Under the pieces are notes generated by a model. The model did no database searches, was not told the origin of the DNA, and saw only the letters and a program-made list of their open reading frames with translations. 64,000 nt of DNA. Source: Saprospiraceae bacterium (lineage in GTDB: Bacteria > Bacteroidota > Bacteroidia > Chitinophagales > Saprospiraceae). Location: NCBI GenBank assembly GCA_016718205.1, contig JADKEB010000036.1, positions 52,148 to 116,147 on the forward strand. Reading direction: 5' to 3'. Below are positions 1 to 8,026 of the stretch, piece by piece (within the stretch, counting starts at the first letter, position 1; each line of letters begins with the position of its first letter). A program made the translations under genes and the position numbers.

Positions 1-2212
1 TGCTCCTTGGTTAGGTGTTGATCAGGCCATTCAAGGTGAAAGCTGCAGGAGTATTTATAAACGGGTGCCGGTAAATTAGGGCAGGCGGTTACAGTGCGCG
101 TACGTGGAAACTCATCTATTAGCGCAAATAGCCAACCATTGTATGTCATTGATGGTGTGCCAATAACCACAGGGGACTTTTGGGAACTATGGTGGTGAAA
201 CAAACACATTAGCGGATATTAACTATAATGATGTAGAATCTATTGAGGTTTTAAAAGATGCTTCAGCTGGTGCAATCTATGGAGCAAGAGCTGCAAATGG
301 TGTTATTTTGATTACATACTAGAGCGAGGTAAGGCAGGAAAAACAAATATAAGTTTTAATTATCAAACAGGAAATTCAGAAGCTTCCAAAAGATTACCTT
401 TCTTAAATTCATCGCAGTTCGAATCAGAGATGTCAATATACCTCTTTATTATAATCCGGTGTTGTCAATTAATTATGGTAATTTTAAAGCATTATCTTAT
501 CGTACTTTGGCAAATGTTTATGGTCAAGTTACTTTTAATAAAAATTTGCGTTTCCGGACGGAGTTTGGTTCGGATATTTTAAATCAAAATGAAGAAGGTT
601 ATTTTGGTAGCCAAACAGTAAGAAATCAAACTCGTGCTGCAAGAGGAATTGGTTCAAATTTTGGAACATATGTTACCAATTACAATACAAACAACTATCT
701 TGTATACAATCAAGGTTTCGGCTCACACACAATAGATGCCACCTTGGGTATGGGATATCAGCAATCTCAGACTTTGACAAATTATATAGAGGGTTTTGGT
801 TTTGCATCAGACTCTTATAAAAAATTGGCTTCCGCTGCAACCAAATCTGATGGTTCATCTACTGAAACAAACTATCGTTTTGTTTCTTATTTTGCTCGTG
901 CGAATTATAAATTTAAAGACCGATATTTACTTGGTGTAAGTGCTCGTATCGATGGCTCTTCCCGTTTTGGAACAAATTCAAGGTATGGTCAGTTCCCTGC
1001 AATATCAGCAGGATGGGTCGTTTCTGAAGAAGGGTTTATGGACAAGATGACTTTTTTGAGTTTTCTGAAATTGCGGGCAAGTTATGGTATTACCGGAAAT
1101 GCTGAAATAGGTAACTTTCCACAATTGGGTTTGGCACAAGGTGATGCCGGTTATGTTGGAGTTCCTGGCCAACGTCCATCACAGTTGGCTAATCCTGATT
1201 TGGAAATGGGGAGACAACAACTCAATCAGACTTCGGACTTGACTTTGGGCTATTTAAAGATCGTATTAATGGTGAGATAGACTATTATAATAAAGTGACC
1301 ACGGATTTATTGTTGGAAGTGAATGTGCCTGCAACATCAGGTTATACACGCCAGTTTAGAAATGTTGGTAAGTTGACAAATAAGGGTGTTGAAATTGTAA
1401 TAAATACAAATAATCTTACTGGTGATTTTAAATGGACTACGTCTTTGAACTGGGCAACGAACCAAAATAAAGTGGTTGATATTCAAGGTCAAATTATTGA
1501 AGGGGGTATACGTAATATGAACCGGGTAGTGGAAGGACAACCTATTGGCGTGTTTTTTACCAGAGAGTATGCCGGAGTAAATCCTGCAAATGGAGATGCC
1601 CTATTTTATAAAAATACCAAAAGTTCTGATGGTTCAATCAGCAGAGAAACTGTTACAAATTCTGGCTATAACTCAACTGAACGAGTTGTAGTTGGTAATC
1701 CTAATCCCAAATTTATCGGAGGTATTACCAACAACTTTTCTTACAAAGGTATTGATTTAAGTATTTTCCTAAACGGTGTGTATGGTAATGATATCAACTT
1801 TTATGGTGTTGGTCAGTATTCTTCTGCCAATGGAATATATGAAGATAATCAAACTACGGATCAATTGAATGCATGGAGACCGGACAACACAGTTACTGAT
1901 ATTCCTGAAGCTCGCTATTTGAGAGCTAACGGAAGTCAACCATCCAGTCGTTATATCATTGACGGTTCATATCTTCGTTTGCGAAATGTGACTTTGGGTT
2001 ATAATTTGCCTAAATCTTTATTGAATAAATTGCGTTTAGAAAAAGCACGGGTTTATGTTTCGGGTACTAACTTAGCAACATTTACAAATTATACCGGATG
2101 GGATCCTGAAGTAAATTCTGACACATTTACAAGCAATTTTGCTCAAGGTAATGATTTCTATACACCACCTATGCCACGTACCATTTTATTTGGTGTCAAT
2201 ATTGGCCTTTAA
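1..2212 (+). pseudogene. SusC/RagA-type TonB-dependent outer-membrane receptor, 5' end outside the window, disrupted by at least 4 frameshifts
   Basis: Different frames give canonical plug and barrel motifs (VRVRGNSSISANSQPLYVIDGVPI; [29 protein letters not shown]; ETTTQSDFGLDFGLFKDRINGEIDYYNK; C-terminal TILFGVNIGL). The reading frame changes near 180, 315, 420 and 1212 (a G-run). The ORF track shows it split into 459..1280 and 1295..2212. Confidence 0.8.
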
Positions 2213-2248
2213 CATTATTCATTAAAAATCCTTATTAAAATATATAAA

Positions 2249-3649
2249 ATGAGAAAATCATATTTTTTAATTTCAGTGACAATAGCAATATTGGGAATGA
2301 TGAGTTGCGATAAAAACCTGGATGTCATACCTACACAGTCAATAGAGCAGGATGCATCACTTCAAACACCTCGCGATATAGAAGCCTACCTGATTGGATG
2401 TTATGACGGTATTCAGGGAACAAATGCTAATGGCAATACTTTTGCAGGAGGATTTCAATATACCTCTGAACTACTTGGACACACGCAGCTGGGAGAAGTT
2501 CGTTTTGCGGGTACATTTGCAAATTTGCTTGAATTGATTACAAAAACCACAACTACTATTAACTCTACTGCAGAAGATCAGTGGGTGCGTGCTTATACAG
2601 TAATCAATCGTTGTAATACAGTCATTGCCAATATTGACAAAGCCGATCCGGCTAAAAAAACAAGGATTGAAGCTGAAGCTCTGTTTCTGAGGGGAGCCCT
2701 TTATTTTGAATTGACAAGGCTTTATGCCAAACAGTGGGGTGATGGTGATAATAATACAAACCCTGCAATTCCTTTAATCTTAAGCCCTACTAAGGTCGTT
2801 TCTGATGAATCTTCACAACCACGAGCTTCTGTTGCCGCAGTCTATACCCAGGCTATTGCTGACTTAACTAAAGCTGGTGCAGGTCTGCCGGCTTCGAACT
2901 CAGTATATGCTACTCGGGGTGCAGCTTATGGTATGTTGGCACGGCTACATTTGCAACAGGGTGATTATGCTAAAGCGAGAGCAGCGGCGGATTCGGTTAT
3001 TTCGGGCAACAGATACCGTTTAGTGACACCATTTTCAGCTGCTTTTAATACAAAATTGTATAATGGTGGAGCTAATCCTGCGGAGTACATATTTGCAGTA
3101 CAAACCAGTGACCAGGATGGTTTCAATGGTATGAACACTTTCTTTAGTACAACTTTAAGCGCAATTCCAGGTACTGCCGGACGAGGTGATATTCGTATAT
3201 TGGCAGCCCACAAAACACAATATGACGCTAATGATGATAGAGGAAAGTTCTTTATCAAACCAACTGCAACGTCATCAAATGAATTTACTAATAAATTTAT
3301 TGATAGATTTGGTAATGTGGTGGTATTACGTCTGGCTGAAATGTATTTAATACGCGCTGAGAGCAATTTCCGATTGAATGAAAGCAGAGGAGATACACCA
3401 CTTAATGATATCAACCGTTTGAGAACAAGAGCCAACGCTACACCATTGACATCGTCTCAATTAACTTTAGATGCGATTTTGAAAGAACGTAGATTAGAAC
3501 TTGCATTTGAAGGTCATAGATTGCATGATATTAAGCGCGCAAAAGGCACTGTTGGAACATTGCCATGGAATGACAATAAATTGGTATTACCTGTTCCGCA
3601 ACGTGAGATTGATGTCAATAAAAAACTGACGCAAAATCCTGGTTATTGA
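2249..3649 (+). CDS. SusD/RagB-family nutrient-binding outer-membrane lipoprotein
   Basis: Intact 466-aa ORF with a lipoprotein signal (ILGMMSC). Lies 36 nt downstream of the SusC-like gene. C-terminal region is typical of SusD (LRLAEMYLIRAE, ILKERRLELAFEGHRLHDIKR). Confidence 0.85.
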   Translation: MRKSYFLISVTIAILGMMSCDKNLDVIPTQSIEQDASLQTPRDIEAYLIGCYDGIQGTNANGNTFAGGFQYTSELLGHTQLGEVRFAGTFANLLELITKTTTTINSTAEDQWVRAYTVINRCNTVIANIDKADPAKKTRIEAEALFLRGALYFELTRLYAKQWGDGDNNTNPAIPLILSPTKVVSDESSQPRASVAAVYTQAIADLTKAGAGLPASNSVYATRGAAYGMLARLHLQQGDYAKARAAADSVISGNRYRLVTPFSAAFNTKLYNGGANPAEYIFAVQTSDQDGFNGMNTFFSTTLSAIPGTAGRGDIRILAAHKTQYDANDDRGKFFIKPTATSSNEFTNKFIDRFGNVVVLRLAEMYLIRAESNFRLNESRGDTPLNDINRLRTRANATPLTSSQLTLDAILKERRLELAFEGHRLHDIKRAKGTVGTLPWNDNKLVLPVPQREIDVNKKLTQNPGY

Positions 3650-3701
3650 TATAAATAGTAAACAGATAAGCCCTATTTTTAATTTAAGAGTAGGAGATTA
3701 T

Positions 3702-3742
3702 AAAATGGGTTGCAAAATGAAATTGCAGCCCATTTTATTTAT
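3702..3742 (+). terminator. Rho-independent terminator after the SusD-like gene
   Basis: Hairpin aaaatgggttgcaa / ttgcagcccatttt (one G-U pair) with a 7-nt loop, followed by a T-rich tract. Confidence 0.55.
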
Positions 3743-3794
3743 AAAATTACTACCTCAAGATTTTTTTTCTTTGTAGTTTTATCATCATACAAAC

Positions 3795-4144
3795 ATGAAC
3801 AATTTAAAGATCCGATTTATAGATGCATATACCAACAAGCCAGGAGATTTAAGTTTTGATCTCTTCACTCTTTAGGAGATTTTATAGCATATGAAAGGAC
3901 TAAAGTTTTATAGTTGGCAGGGATGCCTTCCGATGCTGACATTGTTATTGTCAATAAATTTCAAATCAATTCTTATACTTTGTCAATGATGCCAAAGTTG
4001 CGGTAAATCGGTATGTCTGTGTAGCTTCGACAGGTTATAACAATATCGACAAAGTTGAAACCAATAATATGCAAATTCAGGTGAGCAATGTTAAAGGATA
4101 CAGCATTCCCTCAATAGCCCAGCATGTTTTTTCTGCATTGCTGT
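3795..4144 (+). pseudogene. D-isomer-specific 2-hydroxyacid (glycerate-type) dehydrogenase, N-terminal fragment, frameshifted and truncated
   Basis: Pieces in three frames read MNNLKIRFIDAYTNKPGDLSFD, DADIVIVNKFQINSYTL..MPKL and ATGYNNIDKVE..MQIQVSNVKGYSIPSIAQHVFSALL. Homology ends abruptly at 4144, where an IS66-type end (GTAAGC) begins. Confidence 0.6.
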
Positions 4145-4510
4145 GTAAGCATCCGACGAACCCCGTATTGCCAACCTTCGGCATAGGTGGTACCTTTGCA
4201 AAAAAAAACAAAGTCAGATGCGATACGACAAAGAACAAATAGATCAGTGGCTAACAGAATGGGAGCAATCGGGTCAGAGCATCAGTAAATATTGCGATGG
4301 GAAGCCCTTTGACAAGAGCACATTTTACAATTGGCGTAGCAAGGAAAGGAAACCTTCGGTCATAAATGAGCATAAGAGCAAGTTTGTATCTGTTCAAGTG
4401 TCACCATCCTTTATTCCTCAGATGAGTATTCATTACCCTAACGGAGTTAGAGTTGATATGCATATGATGCTGAGTATTGACTCCATCAGAGCATTGGCGG
4501 GATGTTAGCA
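4145..4510 (+). mobile_element. IS66-family insertion sequence, left-end remnant (terminal repeat plus orfA only)
   Basis: The sequence starts GTAAGCATCCGAC; IS66-family terminal repeats start with GTAA. It is followed by an orfA-like gene. No tnpB or tnpC follows. Confidence 0.55.
4218..4508 (+). CDS. IS66-family accessory protein (orfA/TnpA-like)
   Basis: 96 aa. N-terminal HTH-like segment WEQSGQSISKYCDGKPFDKSTFYNWRSK, and a C-terminal FVSVQV...MSIHYPNGVRVDM motif typical of Bacteroidota IS66 orfA. Confidence 0.6.
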   Translation: MRYDKEQIDQWLTEWEQSGQSISKYCDGKPFDKSTFYNWRSKERKPSVINEHKSKFVSVQVSPSFIPQMSIHYPNGVRVDMHMMLSIDSIRALAGC

Positions 4511-4514
4511 AGAG

Positions 4515-4860
4515 AGAATCGGGAAGATTTCTAGGCTTCGGATGTGAGATAAGTATGAAAGCTCGGACTCGCATCATTGAAGAATGGAAACAAATGAAAT
4601 TTCATCGAGCGAGCACACTTACCTTGCAAAACCTGGCGGAGATGCTCAACGTTAAATCACGAGGGATAATAAATTATTATGGCAAGATGAATATTTTGTC
4701 ATTAGAGAAATTATTCCGACATTTGGATTATCGTATAGCGAAATGGGTAAAGAATAAGTTTAAGAAATTGGGTAGCTACCTTAAGGCAGACGATTGGCTA
4801 CGAGACATCAAGTCAAAGTATCCTACTCTTTTTATGCATTGGGCGGTATCTAAAATCTAA
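4515..4860 (+). pseudogene. Group II intron reverse transcriptase/maturase, C-terminal fragment (end of RT domain 7 plus X domain)
   Basis: FLGF followed by LNVKSRGIINYYG (the maturase-domain RGWxNYY motif). The N-terminal RT domains are absent. It is followed directly by intron domain V-like RNA. Confidence 0.7.
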
Positions 4861-4865
4861 GATTG

Positions 4866-4990
4866 TATGTCAAGAGCCGTATGAATCGAGAGGTTCACAG
4901 CCTGTCCCGATCACCATCGGGATACGGTTCTGTGAGAGGCTGGGGCTGAGATGCATTGGTCTACTTGACCCCGAAACCGTTATGATCGAC
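4866..4990 (+). mobile_element. Group II intron 3' RNA domains (domain V with an insertion, domain VI region); 3' boundary not determined
   Basis: GAGCCGTAT-GAATC-GAGA-GGTTC....ATACGGTTC at 4874..4930 reproduces the domain V helices, the AGC triad and a GNRA loop. Confidence 0.6.
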
Positions 4991-5056
4991 TAAAATAAAA
5001 AGGAAATTTTTAGTTTCCTAATAGGGAAATACTTATCTTTGCTAAAAAATAAGTTA

Positions 5057-5413
5057 ATGGGTAATTTTACCGTAGAATTGTTAGCTGAAGCCGTTGAGTT
5101 TATGGACAGTCTTGACGTCAAAACAAGGGATAAAATATACTATAATATAAGAAAAGCCCAATCAACATATGACACCGAAATTTTTAAAAAACTTAATAAT
5201 AATATTTGGGAGTTTAGAACATTATATAATGGAAAAGCATATAGGCTTTTTTCTTTTTGGGATACAATTAATAGTTCAAATACCTTAGTCATAGCAACAC
5301 ATGGAATATTGAAAAAAACACAGAAGACACCAAAGAAAGAAATTAATAAAGCCGAAGAAATTAGAATTGGATATTTAAATAACAAATATAAAAAACAGAA
5401 AAATGAAGGATAG
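5057..5413 (+). CDS. Type II toxin, RelE/ParE superfamily (HigB / phage Gp49-like)
   Basis: About 118 aa from the ATG at 5057 (the ORF track starts at a TTG at 5039). Family-like motifs FVEFMDSL, IWEFRTLYNGKAYRLFSFWD and VIATHGILKKTQKTPKKEI. Overlaps the downstream HTH gene by 11 nt. Confidence 0.75.
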   Translation: MGNFTVELLAEAVEFMDSLDVKTRDKIYYNIRKAQSTYDTEIFKKLNNNIWEFRTLYNGKAYRLFSFWDTINSSNTLVIATHGILKKTQKTPKKEINKAEEIRIGYLNNKYKKQKNEG

Positions 5414-5729
5414 ATTCAAAACAGTTTCTCTTGAAACAATGATTGATAAACATATAGGAAAACGTGGAACAATAAAACGTGAAGCCTTCGAAAATGAATT
5501 ACGAATAGATTTGCTTGGATATAAAATTAAGGAAGTTAGAAAACAACGAAACTTAACTCAAGAGCAATTAGGTAAATTAGTTGGTGTGCAAAAAGCACAA
5601 ATTTCAAAGATAGAGAATAGTGTAAAAAATGCAAGATTCGAAACAATTTTGAAAGTTTTCGAAGCATTGGGTGCTAAAGTGAACTTCAACGTTGAAATAA
5701 CAAACAACAACAAATTGGAATTAGTATAA
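5403..5729 (+). CDS. XRE-family HTH antitoxin (HigA-like)
   Basis: 108 aa with a Cro/C1-type HTH (RKQRNLTQEQLGKLVGVQKAQISKIEN). Toxin-upstream gene order is typical of HigBA. Confidence 0.8.
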   Translation: MKDRFKTVSLETMIDKHIGKRGTIKREAFENELRIDLLGYKIKEVRKQRNLTQEQLGKLVGVQKAQISKIENSVKNARFETILKVFEALGAKVNFNVEITNNNKLELV

Positions 5730-6055
5730 AAGAAAGCCAGATCATAACAATGCACTGGACGGACAGACTTGCTAACGCTGCGTCCGTCGCCAGTGCTGAC
5801 GTTGTCATCGATTGAAAGGCTAAAAGTCGTCCCGAAATCAATGTCGATTATCAAAGTGGGAATTCTCACACCGTTAGTTTCTGACGGTCAGCAAAGTCAA
5901 AAAGCTTAGGTAATGAAAGGAGTAAAAGATTATTCAGTCTCGATTTAGGGTGTGGATGTGACACCCCTCGGAGAAAAAAATCACACACCCAAAAAAATGA
6001 AAGACGGACCATTTTGCTGGGTATATTTAGGTTCGCCCGAAAATTATTACTTTAC

Positions 6056-6224
6056 ACCTAAAAATCTAAAATGATAATCTATTACGACCTCCAAATACTT
6101 CAAAATCAGTCGCTATGCTCACTTTTAGCTTCGCACCATAGAAGTGACTATGATTTGTCGCTAAAAGTGCTGATTTTATTGTATTTGAAGCTCTCACTAC
6201 GAATCTCATTTTAGATATTTAGGT
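6056..6224. repeat. 169-nt imperfect palindrome (long hairpin or MITE-like element)
   Basis: The left arm acctaaaaatctaaaatga...caaatac..aaaatcag..cacttttagc pairs with the reverse complement of the right arm gctaaaagtg..ctgatttt..gtatttg...tcattttagatatttaggt. Confidence 0.7.
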
Positions 6225-6243
6225 TACATTTAAAAAATCATAA

Positions 6244-6768
6244 ATGAAAAATGTCAAAATACTTAGTCTTTTCATAATTCTATCTATTCCTTTTATTTCT
6301 TTAGGACAATTTACTTATAATGTATCAACAGGGGTATTTAATTATGATTATAATCCTTGCACTGATCCTTGCGTTATGGCAAATACTGAAGATTGTCTAA
6401 AAAAAGCAAATATGAGAAAATGCTTTCAAGATTTTGATAATCAGCCCTTTACTGACCAGCAGTGGTTGGCTTGTAGGGCGAAATGTAGAATTTTGGACAG
6501 TCAAATTCGAGTAAATAAAAGACCAGTTGGTTTTATTGCTCGAGTTCAATTTACAACAAATACTAATAACCCTACAAGTTTTAGTACTTTTGATTTCAAT
6601 AATGGAGTGACACCGTTGGGATGGTTGCAGATAACAAGTTCAGACCCTAGTTTTACGGGGCAAGCGCCAATATATTCAGCAGGATCATACTATTGCTACC
6701 GCTATGTAGCTACCCCCGTTACGGTAAGATCAGCTGGAATTATTGAAAAATTCCTACTAGGATTATAA
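6244..6768 (+). CDS. Secreted hypothetical protein, Cys-rich N-terminal half
   Basis: 174 aa with a signal peptide (ILSLFIILSIPFISLGQ). Seven Cys lie between residues 39 and 81. No family recognised. Confidence 0.5.
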   Translation: MKNVKILSLFIILSIPFISLGQFTYNVSTGVFNYDYNPCTDPCVMANTEDCLKKANMRKCFQDFDNQPFTDQQWLACRAKCRILDSQIRVNKRPVGFIARVQFTTNTNNPTSFSTFDFNNGVTPLGWLQITSSDPSFTGQAPIYSAGSYYCYRYVATPVTVRSAGIIEKFLLGL

Positions 6769-7295
6769 TGAAAGTTCATTAAGAAATTGGCATAATAATT
6801 GTTAAAATTACTAGTATTTTTCACCTTCAGTTTGCCTCGCATCTGGTTACTTACATTTAATATCCATTACACAACAAATCTTCATATTCTAAACCGTGTA
6901 GTGTCATCTCTAAAAAAATGAAATTTTACCACTTTTTAACTATATAATTTATCGTAATGTTTAATTATTTAAAAAGAAATCTCACTAATGACCACAATAA
7001 TTAAATACTTGTCGTACATTTGTGATACTTTTTGACTATGTATGGTGTTGTATGTTAATTAGTTGTTGAGATATTATTAAATTTGTAGATTTTTGACTAC
7101 ATCAAAATTTTAGAATGACTTATAGTAATATTATATATAAATAAAATTAAAATACATTTTTTTGTATATTTAATTGATTCAATTTGTACCGTATGAGCAG
7201 TACTCCCTATCAATTTGGATTAACTCGTAAAGACGGGAGCAAATATTGATACAATTAGCCATATTGAAAATTTAAAATGATAATTTATAAAATAA

Positions 7296-7970
7296 GTGAA
7301 AAGTAAATCATACTATTTTAGATGGGCTATATCTATAATGGCAGTGGTTCTATCTTATGTAGGTGGCATGGCTCAGGCAAAAATTGGTGATAATCCTACA
7401 GTGATTGACCCCAACTCTATTTTGGAACTCGAAAGTCCCAATCAGGGCTTGCTTATGCCGCGAATTTCGCTCACTGCTACCACCAATGCTGCACCACTTA
7501 CCACACATATCGCAGGCATGACGGTATATAATACTGCTACACAAAATGACGTACTTCCCGGATACTACTATAATGATGGCACCAAATGGGTCAAAGTACT
7601 CACCAGTGGATTGGGACCACTCAATACTCCAACGGTAATAGGAACCAGTCCGACCAATACACTCTCTATCACAGGCCTGGGATCAGGCAATCCATTGACA
7701 GATGAAATACTCACCATTGATCCGGTGACTGGGCGCATCAGCAAGTCATCGACATCCGCACTGATCGTAGAGGAGCAAATATTACATGTGGCTGCAGGAG
7801 GTCAGACCCAATTTCCTACTCCGATGCCCATCACCGATATCGACAAAATCAATGTATATAGAAACGGGGCCAGAATAGGTGCTACCATGGTCAATACGAC
7901 TACAATAGCCCTGGAAGCAGGAGTAATATGTGTACCTGATGATGAAATAAGAATCGTTCAGATCAAGTAA
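7296..7970 (+). CDS. Secreted fibre-module protein (paralogue 1 of 3)
   Basis: 224 aa from a GTG start, with a signal peptide ending AQA. Shares the ITGLGSGNPLTDEILTIDPVTGRISK module and a C-terminal VYRNGA...IK domain with the next ORF. Confidence 0.65.
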   Translation: MKSKSYYFRWAISIMAVVLSYVGGMAQAKIGDNPTVIDPNSILELESPNQGLLMPRISLTATTNAAPLTTHIAGMTVYNTATQNDVLPGYYYNDGTKWVKVLTSGLGPLNTPTVIGTSPTNTLSITGLGSGNPLTDEILTIDPVTGRISKSSTSALIVEEQILHVAAGGQTQFPTPMPITDIDKINVYRNGARIGATMVNTTTIALEAGVICVPDDEIRIVQIK

Positions 7971-8026
7971 ATATTTTAATAACAAATTTTTATAATTTTT
8001 TTTTTAAATCTTTAAATCAATTCAAA

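Noticed and set aside
5558-5869. A 103-aa minus-strand ORF overlapping the antitoxin gene and the GC-rich patch at 5740..5870.
   Set aside because: It overlaps a well-supported HTH gene in antisense, and its translation is featureless. The GC-rich patch probably is foreign remnant DNA, but I cannot assign it.
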